NCBI GenBank assembly: GCA_009995545.1
Contig: JAACPI010000002.1
Span: 2,965-66,964, forward strand
Length of the DNA: 64,000 nucleotides
Reading direction: 5' to 3'
Source: a bacterium
GTDB taxonomy: Bacteria > Patescibacteriota > WWE3 > 2-01-FULL-39-13 > JAACPI01
The position numbers were made by a program, and so were the translations under genes. This document shows positions 1 through 8,600 of this stretch, one piece after another. Each line of letters begins with the position of its first letter. The first letter of the stretch is position 1. The notes below the pieces were generated by a model that did no database searches, had not been told where the DNA came from, and was given only the letters and a program-made list of their open reading frames with translations.

Positions 1-346
1 ATCTAATTTTGTGTTTGCCTGTTCGCAACCTCCCACAAACATTTACAACTTTTTGGATTTTGTTTCTCCGTTCTAAAAAAACATTTAAAGCTAAACTTGC
101 CCCGGCACTAGTACCTAATAAATAAATTTCGTTTGTTTTACTTAATAAATCAATTTGCTTTAATAAACCTAATAATTTAGATTTAAATTCTTTACCATCT
201 CGCCAATAAACAGGATAAACAATAACTTTAAATTTTTGTTTTTTAAAATGATTAGTTGCAAACTCAATCCGTTTTATTGAAGAAATTGAGTCATCCCCCA
301 ATCCAGGGATTATTAATATTAATGGATTATTAAATGATTTTTTCAT
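1..346 (-). CDS. alpha/beta-hydrolase fold protein (esterase/lipase-like), 3'-truncated by window edge
   Basis: Manual translation of minus strand from ATG at 346: MKKSFNNPLILIIPGLGDD...LLGTSAGAS contains GxSxG nucleophile elbow; runs off window start. Not in ORF track. Confidence 0.45.
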   Translation of the reverse strand, partial: MKKSFNNPLILIIPGLGDDSISSIKRIEFATNHFKKQKFKVIVYPVYWRDGKEFKSKLLGLLKQIDLLSKTNEIYLLGTSAGASLALNVFLERRNKIQKVVNVCGRLRTGKHKIR

Positions 347-352
347 GTATTA

Positions 353-1828
353 CTACCTAGAAATAATATCTAGAAGAAATAACAAATCCGACATTCCTAC
401 ATTTGTATCGCCGTCTAAGTCATACTTAGGATTATTATCATTAGGGTGACCGACTATTTGTGAGAGTAATTCTAATAAATCTAGCATATCTACCTGACAA
501 CTATCACCAACTACATTTCCTGGGCAGGGTGAAGGCAAAGTACAGGAACTATTTTCATCAATTAATCCGTCACAGTCATTGTCCACACCATCAGTTATTT
601 CTTTGGATCTATTGGAGTATTTACAATCTCCAACTACATCATTTTTAGTAAGTTCACCATAATACCCAACCATATTTAATGAGTCAGGTTCAATACGGCT
701 AAATATATCCCGTAATCCCGACTCAAAAGCCCCTAGACTAATCCATCCTGGAGCTAAGTTAGATCCCATTTTCCAGGCACCATACTGCCCACCTTCCGGC
801 TCTAGATTTCCATCCAAAAAATCTCTAAATTTTGGTTGTGTAGAATCCTGATTCCAAATCTTTTTAGTTAAGGTATTTGACAAGCTTTTAATATCGTTAC
901 GAGTATAGGTAATACCCGATCTGTAAAACTCTGTAGTGGCATACACATAATCGTTAGCATGACTAACATCGGAAGGTTGGCACCAAGAGTGATTACTATA
1001 ATCCTTACAAGCAGGCACCCCTGGAACATTTACAAAATAACAAGTAGGGTAGTCTGTTTTAATCTCTTCACAGGAGGTATTACCCCAAAAAACGGTCCCA
1101 TCATTTTCAGGCTGATCAAATTGAGAGGATCTCATTAAATTAGTCTGGACAGTAAGAATGTCTAAAATTTTAAAGGATTCTCCTTTTATCTCTATGTTAT
1201 CCTCACCAGCAAGGTAAAGGTTTAATAAAATTACTGCAGGGTGTGAGACTATGTGGTGTACTGTACTAAAACCAGGTTTAAACCTTTGGTAGCAATTTGG
1301 GTCATTGATAATATCTTTCTTAATCTTTTGAATAATTATATCTGCCCTGTCCTGATAACTTTTATCTAGGCAAGATTCATTTTTTATAATACGAACAACT
1401 CGAGAAGCCTCTTTAATTCCTCTCTGCGTATACAAACAAGATAGTCTAGGAGGGGTTGAAGCGTTATTATCATGATCTAAGGGAGAAAGGCCATTGTAGG
1501 ATTCCCATTCCATAAATCCATCACCATTAAGGTCTTTCTGCCTGTTAAAAGACCCTTCGATTAAACCCAGAGCTGAATCCAGATATTTGGTATCTTGTGT
1601 AGACTCATACATAGAAGACAAACCGGATAAATAAGGAAAGTTTGAGTACGGAACATTTAAAACATACGAGTATCTACTAGAGTTATAGAAGTCAGAGTAA
1701 ATACGGTCAAAATTCGTTTGGTACTCTTTATTGTAGGCTAATGCGTTTTGGGGATACCACGAATATAAAGTTAGGGTTATTAATAGTGTAAGAACAAGGG
1801 AATAAAAAATTTTAGGGTTGACGCGCAT
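353..1828 (-). CDS. secreted protein with C-terminal dockerin-like / Ca-binding repeat module; N-terminal catalytic-looking domain of unknown family
   Basis: N-terminal signal peptide (MRVNPKIFYSLVLTLLITLTLYS); C-terminus has DGVDNDCDGLIDE and DLDGDTNVGMSDLLFLLD motifs resembling dockerin type I / metal-binding repeats. Confidence 0.5.
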   Translation of the reverse strand: MRVNPKIFYSLVLTLLITLTLYSWYPQNALAYNKEYQTNFDRIYSDFYNSSRYSYVLNVPYSNFPYLSGLSSMYESTQDTKYLDSALGLIEGSFNRQKDLNGDGFMEWESYNGLSPLDHDNNASTPPRLSCLYTQRGIKEASRVVRIIKNESCLDKSYQDRADIIIQKIKKDIINDPNCYQRFKPGFSTVHHIVSHPAVILLNLYLAGEDNIEIKGESFKILDILTVQTNLMRSSQFDQPENDGTVFWGNTSCEEIKTDYPTCYFVNVPGVPACKDYSNHSWCQPSDVSHANDYVYATTEFYRSGITYTRNDIKSLSNTLTKKIWNQDSTQPKFRDFLDGNLEPEGGQYGAWKMGSNLAPGWISLGAFESGLRDIFSRIEPDSLNMVGYYGELTKNDVVGDCKYSNRSKEITDGVDNDCDGLIDENSSCTLPSPCPGNVVGDSCQVDMLDLLELLSQIVGHPNDNNPKYDLDGDTNVGMSDLLFLLDIISR

Positions 1829-1871
1829 AACAATATATTAACACGCATGAAATATAAAAATATTATGTAGA

Positions 1872-1908
1872 CACACAAAAACAAAAGCAAGAGGGTTTCC
1901 CCTCTTGC
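1872..1908 (-). terminator. rho-independent terminator downstream of 1942..2265
   Basis: gcaagaggg-tttc-ccctcttgc hairpin (1887-1908) followed on minus strand by TTTTGTTTTTGTGTG. Confidence 0.5.
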
Positions 1909-1941
1909 TAGTGCTTATTTTTTTAGTTCAATCGATAATAT

Positions 1942-2265
1942 TTAGTCCAAGTCCACACCATTATCATCACTTTGATCTTCGTGCTCCCCCTGAGCTGAGT
2001 CAGAAGAACTTTTATCTTCTTTTTCGTTATTCTCAGAAGATAATTCCGTTTTTTCGTTTACACTGTCTTCTGATTTAACAATTTCAGAACCAGAAGTAGA
2101 GTCTGGATTTACTTCCTTAGAACTGGTAACTTCTGCCAAAGACCCAGTGGTAATTTCGCCGTTAGCACTTACAGGTACGGAATTGTAATTGGTTAAACCC
2201 GCAAATCCTAACCCGGCAATCACCAAAGCAAGTAAAGACAATGGTATTATTTTTTTCTTATTCAT
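1942..2265 (-). CDS. hypothetical membrane-anchored acidic Ser/Glu-rich protein
   Basis: N-terminal hydrophobic anchor then low-complexity acidic tail; no recognisable motif. Confidence 0.45.
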   Translation of the reverse strand: MNKKKIIPLSLLALVIAGLGFAGLTNYNSVPVSANGEITTGSLAEVTSSKEVNPDSTSGSEIVKSEDSVNEKTELSSENNEKEDKSSSDSAQGEHEDQSDDNGVDLD

Positions 2266-2368
2266 TTAAATCACCTCTTTTCATTCTAACTTAATACTGT
2301 GTTAAGTTTACTAATTTGTGTATGAGAGGAACGTGAATTTAGTAAGGAGTTTAAATGAGAAGCTAGGA

Positions 2369-3034
2369 CTAAAAAATTTTAAGCTGAGGGTATTTATTGT
2401 TAATAAATTTAAGGACAAAAGAGTCTTTAAAATATAGCTGAACTCTGTAAATAAAAGCTAACCAAATAAACCCGGTTAAAAACCCCGCTAAAACATCACT
2501 TGTATAATGAACACCTAAATATACCCTACTAATACCAATTAATAAAATACAAAAAGAACTTATTATGGCTAGGATTTTAGTGCCTTTTTTATTCTGGGTT
2601 AAAGCAAAGTAAAGATAAGTTACTGACACAAAAAATATTACGGCCAACATACTGTGACCAGAGGGAAAACCAAAGTCCTTTTCAATTACTAAAGGTGAAA
2701 TTAAAGGACGAGAACGCCCAACTAAATTTTTAAATATCACATTAACAACCTCCCCAGTTCCTAAAGTTACTGCAAAAATTAAAGCTAAATATCTTTTATT
2801 TTTTAAATACAAATAAAGTAAGATTAAGATTGAGGTAAACACTACTCCATACATTCCCAAAAAACTTACAAACCTCATTAAAATATTTAATACACTGCTC
2901 CTTAAAGAATATAAAAATAACCAAATAGGTTGATCGTAAAAAAAGATTGCGCCATTCATAACTTTAAAAGTTAAATAGCCCAAGAGTAAGAGACAAAATA
3001 AACTGAATACTGTTAACCTAACCTTAAGTGACAT
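2369..3034 (-). CDS. PAP2 superfamily phosphatase (phosphatidic acid / undecaprenyl-PP phosphatase type)
   Basis: All three PAP2 motifs: KNLVGRSRP (Kx6RP), FPSGHS (PSGH), SRVYLGVHYTSD (SRx5Hx3D); multiple TM helices. Confidence 0.75.
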   Translation of the reverse strand: MSLKVRLTVFSLFCLLLLGYLTFKVMNGAIFFYDQPIWLFLYSLRSSVLNILMRFVSFLGMYGVVFTSILILLYLYLKNKRYLALIFAVTLGTGEVVNVIFKNLVGRSRPLISPLVIEKDFGFPSGHSMLAVIFFVSVTYLYFALTQNKKGTKILAIISSFCILLIGISRVYLGVHYTSDVLAGFLTGFIWLAFIYRVQLYFKDSFVLKFINNKYPQLKIF

Positions 3035-3043
3035 ATCTTTAGT

Positions 3044-4045
3044 TTAAATTGGAAGTAAAACTATAAACTCAGAACCCTTATTTAATCGGGATTTTACAAA
3101 GATCTTCCCACTATGATAATTAACTATAGATTGGCAAATAGACAACCCTAATCCGTACCCCTTTATTACAGATCTGGAATTTTCCACTCTATAAAACCGA
3201 TCGAAAATGTTTGATTTATTATTAGCACTTATGCCCATACCTGTGTCTCTTACTGATATTTTTGCCCAGTTTCGGTCTCTGACCATATCTAAAGTAATAT
3301 TACCCTTTACCGGGGTGTATTTAATAGCATTGTCAGTAAGATTGTAGAAAAGTTGACCTAAGAGCTGTTTATTACCTCTCGTAACTAAATTTTCAGAGGG
3401 TGATTTTAAAGTGACCTTAAGATTTTTTTCTTTAATATAGGGGTTTAATCTGAAAACTATGTTAGAAATTAAATCTGTTAGATCTACATTTTCACTAAAA
3501 TTTATATTGTTTTTTGGATTTTCTCTTGCTAAAAACAAAAGATTTTCAACAAGCGTTGATAAGCGAACCATTTCTTCGTTACTACTTTTTAAAATATTTT
3601 TATACTCTTTAATAGTCCGGGTCTTTTTTAAAGCCACCTCTGTTTCACCTTTTATTATAGCCAAAGGAGTTCGTAATTCATGCGAGGCGTCAGATACAAA
3701 TTGCTTTTGTTTTTCATGGGCAACTTTAATAGGCTCTAAAGACTTTTTAACTAGAAACCATGAAGTGGTAGGTACAACCAATAAAGACACCCCATTGATA
3801 ACTAATAGTAAAGCAAAAAGCTGTTCTAAAGCTATGTCCCCCGCAACAGTAACAACTGTAGTTTTAACATCCTCAAAGTCATCTGTGTCTCCGAGTTGAC
3901 TGTGCCGTTCTTTTACCTGACTAATGTAGTCCTCTCCGAAAGACTTTGTCATCCAAAAATACAAACTAAAACTAAATGCCCAAAATAAACTCAGAAACAG
4001 TAAAGAATAAAGGAGTGTTAGTTTTATTTGTACCTTTGTAAACAT
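3044..4045 (-). CDS. sensor histidine kinase
   Basis: Two N-terminal TM helices, H-box SHELRTPL, HATPase motifs DNAIKYT, DTGMGI, GYGLGLS. Confidence 0.85.
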   Translation of the reverse strand: MFTKVQIKLTLLYSLLFLSLFWAFSFSLYFWMTKSFGEDYISQVKERHSQLGDTDDFEDVKTTVVTVAGDIALEQLFALLLVINGVSLLVVPTTSWFLVKKSLEPIKVAHEKQKQFVSDASHELRTPLAIIKGETEVALKKTRTIKEYKNILKSSNEEMVRLSTLVENLLFLARENPKNNINFSENVDLTDLISNIVFRLNPYIKEKNLKVTLKSPSENLVTRGNKQLLGQLFYNLTDNAIKYTPVKGNITLDMVRDRNWAKISVRDTGMGISANNKSNIFDRFYRVENSRSVIKGYGLGLSICQSIVNYHSGKIFVKSRLNKGSEFIVLLPI

Positions 4046-4046
4046 A

Positions 4047-4724
4047 TTATTTCTTAAGCGAAAATATATATCCAGAACCCCTTTTGGTGTGAATAAGGTC
4101 TTGGGATTTTTCTGTAACTTTTAGCTTTTTTCTAAGGTATTTAACATAGGTTTCCACAATATTTGAAAACCCTTCATAATTATAGTCCCAAACATGTTCT
4201 AAAATATTTGTTTTGGTTAATACAATATCCTGATTTCGCATAAAGTAGTCCAATAAACTGTATTCGCGCGAAGTAAGAACAATCTCCTTTTTGCACCTAA
4301 ATACGGTTTTTGTTGCGGGGTTAAGCAACAGGTCATCAAGGGTTAAAATAACTGGATCTGCTTTTTTATTTCTACGAATTAACGCCCTTATTCTTGCTGA
4401 AAGTTCATCATAAGAAAAAGGCTTAGTAACAAAATCATCTGCCCCTGCATCTAAACCCGAGACTTTGTCGGAAATTGAATCTTTTGCTGTAAGCATTAAA
4501 ATTGGAATCGATGTGTTGGTTTTTCTAATAGATCTACAAACTTCTTCTCCACTTATTTTTGGAATCATTAAATCTAAAATAACCAGGTCATACTCATTTA
4601 TTTCGTATTTTTCTAACGCCTGCTCACCATCGCGGGCAATATCTACAGCGTAGTGTTCTTCAAGTAATCCTCTACGTAGTAAATTTGCTATTTTTTCTTC
4701 GTCCTCAACAATTAGTATTTGCAC
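4047..4724 (-). CDS. OmpR-family response regulator
   Basis: Receiver domain (LIVEDE, DLVILDLMIP, TAKD) plus winged-helix C-terminus (GYIF); abuts the HK gene. Confidence 0.9.
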   Translation of the reverse strand: MQILIVEDEEKIANLLRRGLLEEHYAVDIARDGEQALEKYEINEYDLVILDLMIPKISGEEVCRSIRKTNTSIPILMLTAKDSISDKVSGLDAGADDFVTKPFSYDELSARIRALIRRNKKADPVILTLDDLLLNPATKTVFRCKKEIVLTSREYSLLDYFMRNQDIVLTKTNILEHVWDYNYEGFSNIVETYVKYLRKKLKVTEKSQDLIHTKRGSGYIFSLKK

Positions 4725-4772
4725 CGAATCATTTTACCAAACTAATATGGGAATTGTGTGAGAAAACAAAAA

Positions 4773-5678
4773 CTAGTAGCAAAGGATATAAAAGTAGCTA
4801 GTTGTAGATTTAAAAGGTTCTTTAACAATTTCACCAGAATTAGTATTTTGCATAATCTCACAAGAATCGTTAAATGCACCCTTTGTAAAATTTAAAAATA
4901 ATCCCAAGCTCTCGGGAGAATCCACATTATTATTACCCATACTTAAAACAGTCGAGTAATCGTTATTCTGTAGAGCTTTTAAAGTTTGGCTATCGTGTTC
5001 TCTAGCCTGATAAGAATCTAGGTAATGGGAAAAATCTATAGAAAAAACAACAACGGTATTCTCTTTAATATTTATAGAAATCTGCTCATAAAATTTATCT
5101 AAATTTTCTTCGGTAATACCTGGCTTTAAAATAAAAGGTGTAATAGTAGTATTAGGAAGGTAAAAATGAAAATAAGGTATTAATTCTGTAACAGAGTGTT
5201 CCTTTGATAAAACCTGAGTATCCTCTCCAGCCCATTTAATTTCAGTTATCAGGCTTTTAACTAAACCGGGGTCTGTGTTGCTCTGCCCATACATACTCTT
5301 GAAGTTACTAGTAGTTGTAATCACACTGTAATCTCCCATATTCGGGTGATTTGGGCCAATTAAGATTACATTTGTAGGTTTTTGAAGCTGTAACCTTTTA
5401 AAAAAATCTGCGTGGATAAAAAAGGGCAATAAGTGGTGAGGTATAACTGCAGTTTTTATAATACGGGGATTTGAATCGGGTATAAAGTCTAACTCTAAAC
5501 CCTTTTGCAAATAAAAAGGGTTAAAACTGCTTAAATCTATAAAATCTGTATTTGTGGGCTGACCAGATTCAAACGGAACAGTAATTTTTGGATTCCAAGT
5601 AAAATAATTTAAATAATAAAATATTGCAGTGATTATTAAGAGCGATATTACTATAAAAAGTAGTTTTTTAAACCTCAC
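4773..5678 (-). CDS. Memo-like protein (AmmeMemoRadiSam system protein B / MEMO1 family) with N-terminal membrane anchor
   Basis: Blocks matching MEMO1: AVIPHHLLPF (vs IIAPHAGY), VILIGPNHPNMG (vs IFILGPSHH), KEHSVTELIPYF (vs DEHSIEMHLPY), VVFSIDFSHY (vs VVSSDFCHWG); N-terminal TM helix; start overlaps upstream gene by 11 nt. Confidence 0.6.
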   Translation of the reverse strand: MRFKKLLFIVISLLIITAIFYYLNYFTWNPKITVPFESGQPTNTDFIDLSSFNPFYLQKGLELDFIPDSNPRIIKTAVIPHHLLPFFIHADFFKRLQLQKPTNVILIGPNHPNMGDYSVITTTSNFKSMYGQSNTDPGLVKSLITEIKWAGEDTQVLSKEHSVTELIPYFHFYLPNTTITPFILKPGITEENLDKFYEQISINIKENTVVVFSIDFSHYLDSYQAREHDSQTLKALQNNDYSTVLSMGNNNVDSPESLGLFLNFTKGAFNDSCEIMQNTNSGEIVKEPFKSTTSYFYILCY

Positions 5679-8600
5679 TATCCTCGTTTAACTCCGTGTT
5701 GGTTTTTTTACCTTTTAACTTTAAGAATGACTTTGTTTTTTGACTATATTTAGTTCTAAAAAAGATAGCTAAAAGAAATATAAATAGTACCGCAATAGAA
5801 AGAAAAATATATTTCTGGTACTCTTTGGTAAAGTTTTTGGTGATACTTGTTAATGACTTCTTAGATTCTAAATCAATTTTTACCTTTTCAGAAGCTGATC
5901 TTGCGTTTACTTCGGGAGAATACATAACTTCAGCATAGGCTCCAGGTGTTGTAAATTCACCCGCATTTATAACCCTTGCTGTGTAACTAAATACTTCCCT
6001 ATCTAAACTATTTTGGTACTTTATTACGCCGTCTGGAAGATATTCTATATCTCCCAAATTATAATCATTGTTATTGGCCTCGTTTTTTAGTTTGGTGTTA
6101 ACGGGAATCATTCCAGAGGGAAGTTTATCCTCAATAACACTATACCTATAAGGGCTTCCGGAAGTATTAACTTCAATCATCACATTTACTAAATCTCCAA
6201 CGGCTATGTTGTAATCCGGGCCTTTAGTATTAATATATTTTCTAGAAATTGTTATACCGTTAGAGGCCCCCTTATCATTTTGGTCATTCACAAACTCTTT
6301 AAAAAGAACAGTTGAATAGAGTTTACCTTCGCCATTTTTGATTATCTCTACAGTGTTATCTTTATTATTTAAGAGGTTAGAATCTACCTCTATTGTGGAA
6401 ATACTCTGACCTATAGCGGTAACCTTACCATTAGAAATAGAAATGCCGTTGATTGTTACTTCGTAATCAAAAGAGGGATTAACTTCACCAGAATTTTTGG
6501 AGTAACTTATTAAAGCATCAATAACTTTAGCTGTGGCATGGGTGTTAGACCAGTAGTAACCATTATCTTTTAACCCTGCTGTAATATAACGAACAACACT
6601 CTCACTAACTCCTTTAATTTCTTTGGATTGAGTAGAGGAATTTACCAAAGCCTTTAAAGCGGTTGCAGTAGGGATATAGTTAGAGTTGAAACGGTCTTTA
6701 TCACGGTAGTCCCAGTAAATACCATCACCAAGCTCTGATTTTTTACTTAACAATTCGTTTAAACCACTTTTACCGGGGTCTAAAACACCGAGATTGGTAT
6801 TAAGTAAAACTCCTGTTGCTGCAACATCAGCAGGAAGATTTTTAAATAAATCTGCATCTAGGGGTTTAACAGTTAACTTAGAACTAGGGTCAGTAGACAA
6901 TGCGTAAGTAGCAAAGATTCTGTCTATAGTGCTATCTGTATTAATATTATTCGCTTTGGTAAGAAGATAGCTTTTAGCCAAAGAAAGCTTATATTCGTCC
7001 ATTTCGTAACCCAAATTTTTAGACCTAATTAAATATTCGTACACATAAGAGCTTACATAGGTATCAGATTCACCATCTCCCCACCATCGCCAACCTCCAT
7101 CGTATTTTTGTAACTCCATAAGTCGGGAAATACCTTTATTTATAATTTCATCTAGGTTTTTAGCTTGTTTAAGATTAGGGAATATATTTGGATTTTCTGC
7201 AGCAATTATTGCAGGAACTAATCTACTAGTTGTTTGCTCAACACACCCATATGGATAGTAAATAAGATAGTCCATTTGAGAGAGTAAAGATGTGGCTAAA
7301 GAGGGGGCTAAGTTAATCTCTAGTTTAGAAATCTTTGGGTCATAATTTTTGCTTGGGGTGTACTTAAAGCTCGAAGAATCCGAGGAATTAAAGGCATATT
7401 TATTCCAGTATCCAGGGGTAATAGTTGGGATAGAAACCTCAACCTCGTCCGATAAATTACTTGATAGCGCTGAAAATTTAATTTTAGTATCGCCAGCCTC
7501 TTTTGGAACAAGTTTCCAAAAAAGTTGAGATATTTCTTTAGTAGCTAAACTAATTTGTTTACTCAAATTAGATTTTATATCTAAATTTTCAGACTCTAAC
7601 TTTGCCTCAATTTCAAGAGTATTTTCAGAAAAGTTTTGTATTAAAGAAGACAAAATTATACTATCCCCTACCCTTAAAATATTTGGCAATATAGGTCTTA
7701 CAACTAGGTCTTTAGATACCGTAATATCTGTTACATTCTGCCCGACGGCAGTGTCTTTAGAGGCTGCTACAGCTAAGATACTCCAGGTGGTTAAGTTGTC
7801 TGGAACCTTAAAGTTTATGTTAGCATTGCCATTTGAATCAGTAATCACGCTAGGGTTCCAGTAAGCAACATCTTTGAACTCAGATCTAAGGTTTCCTTTG
7901 TCATTATGAACCCATACGCCTCCTGCTATATAAGTATGCTCATTTTCAATTTCTAAATTGTAGACCTCAAAACTTCCTTTTATGTACTCTACAGAGCCTA
8001 CGGTTATTTGTTGGCCGTTGATACCTACTAAATGATCACCAATTTCAGTATCTGCAGCTTCTTGCCAGGTATCATTTAAATTTAAAATATGCTCAGGAGT
8101 AACTTTTAAACTCCCATTTATAATAAGGTACCCAGATACTGTGTGCTTAAAAGTTTTTAGTACCTTAGCCGTTACCATGTCTCCATTTTCATCACTACTT
8201 AAGGTACTTACAAAATCCCCAACTTTAATATCTTGAATATTTTTTGTTTTACCATTTTGCATAAGTACGTCTGTGTCACCAGCAAAACACCCTCCTCCTC
8301 TTTCTGCAGTATTTACAACTATGCCCTCTAGAGAGTGAGAATAAGTAGTATTGTTATATCTTTGATACCAAAAGGTATCGAAAATATTCCCCATTCTACT
8401 AGTAGACAACTCAAACAAGGCTTTATCCACAACCCAAACTGTTACCTCAGATGATTTATTTGCACCTGTTAGATCTTTTGTATTAATTTTTAATTCAACG
8501 TTTTCACCGGGTCCATACTTAGTAGAAGAAGGTAACAAAGAAACATTAAGTTTTTTTGACTCAGAAGAAATATCTAAAGAGTCGCTGCTAATAATGTATT

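Noticed and set aside
3459-3899. 146-aa plus-strand ORF
   Set aside because: Antisense within the histidine kinase gene.
7904-8289. Possibility of a canonical protein-splicing intein in the A2M-like gene
   Set aside because: All intein blocks are present, but the +1 residue after the terminal His-Asn is Asp, so standard splicing is not expected. Reported instead as a Hint/BIL-like autoprocessing candidate.
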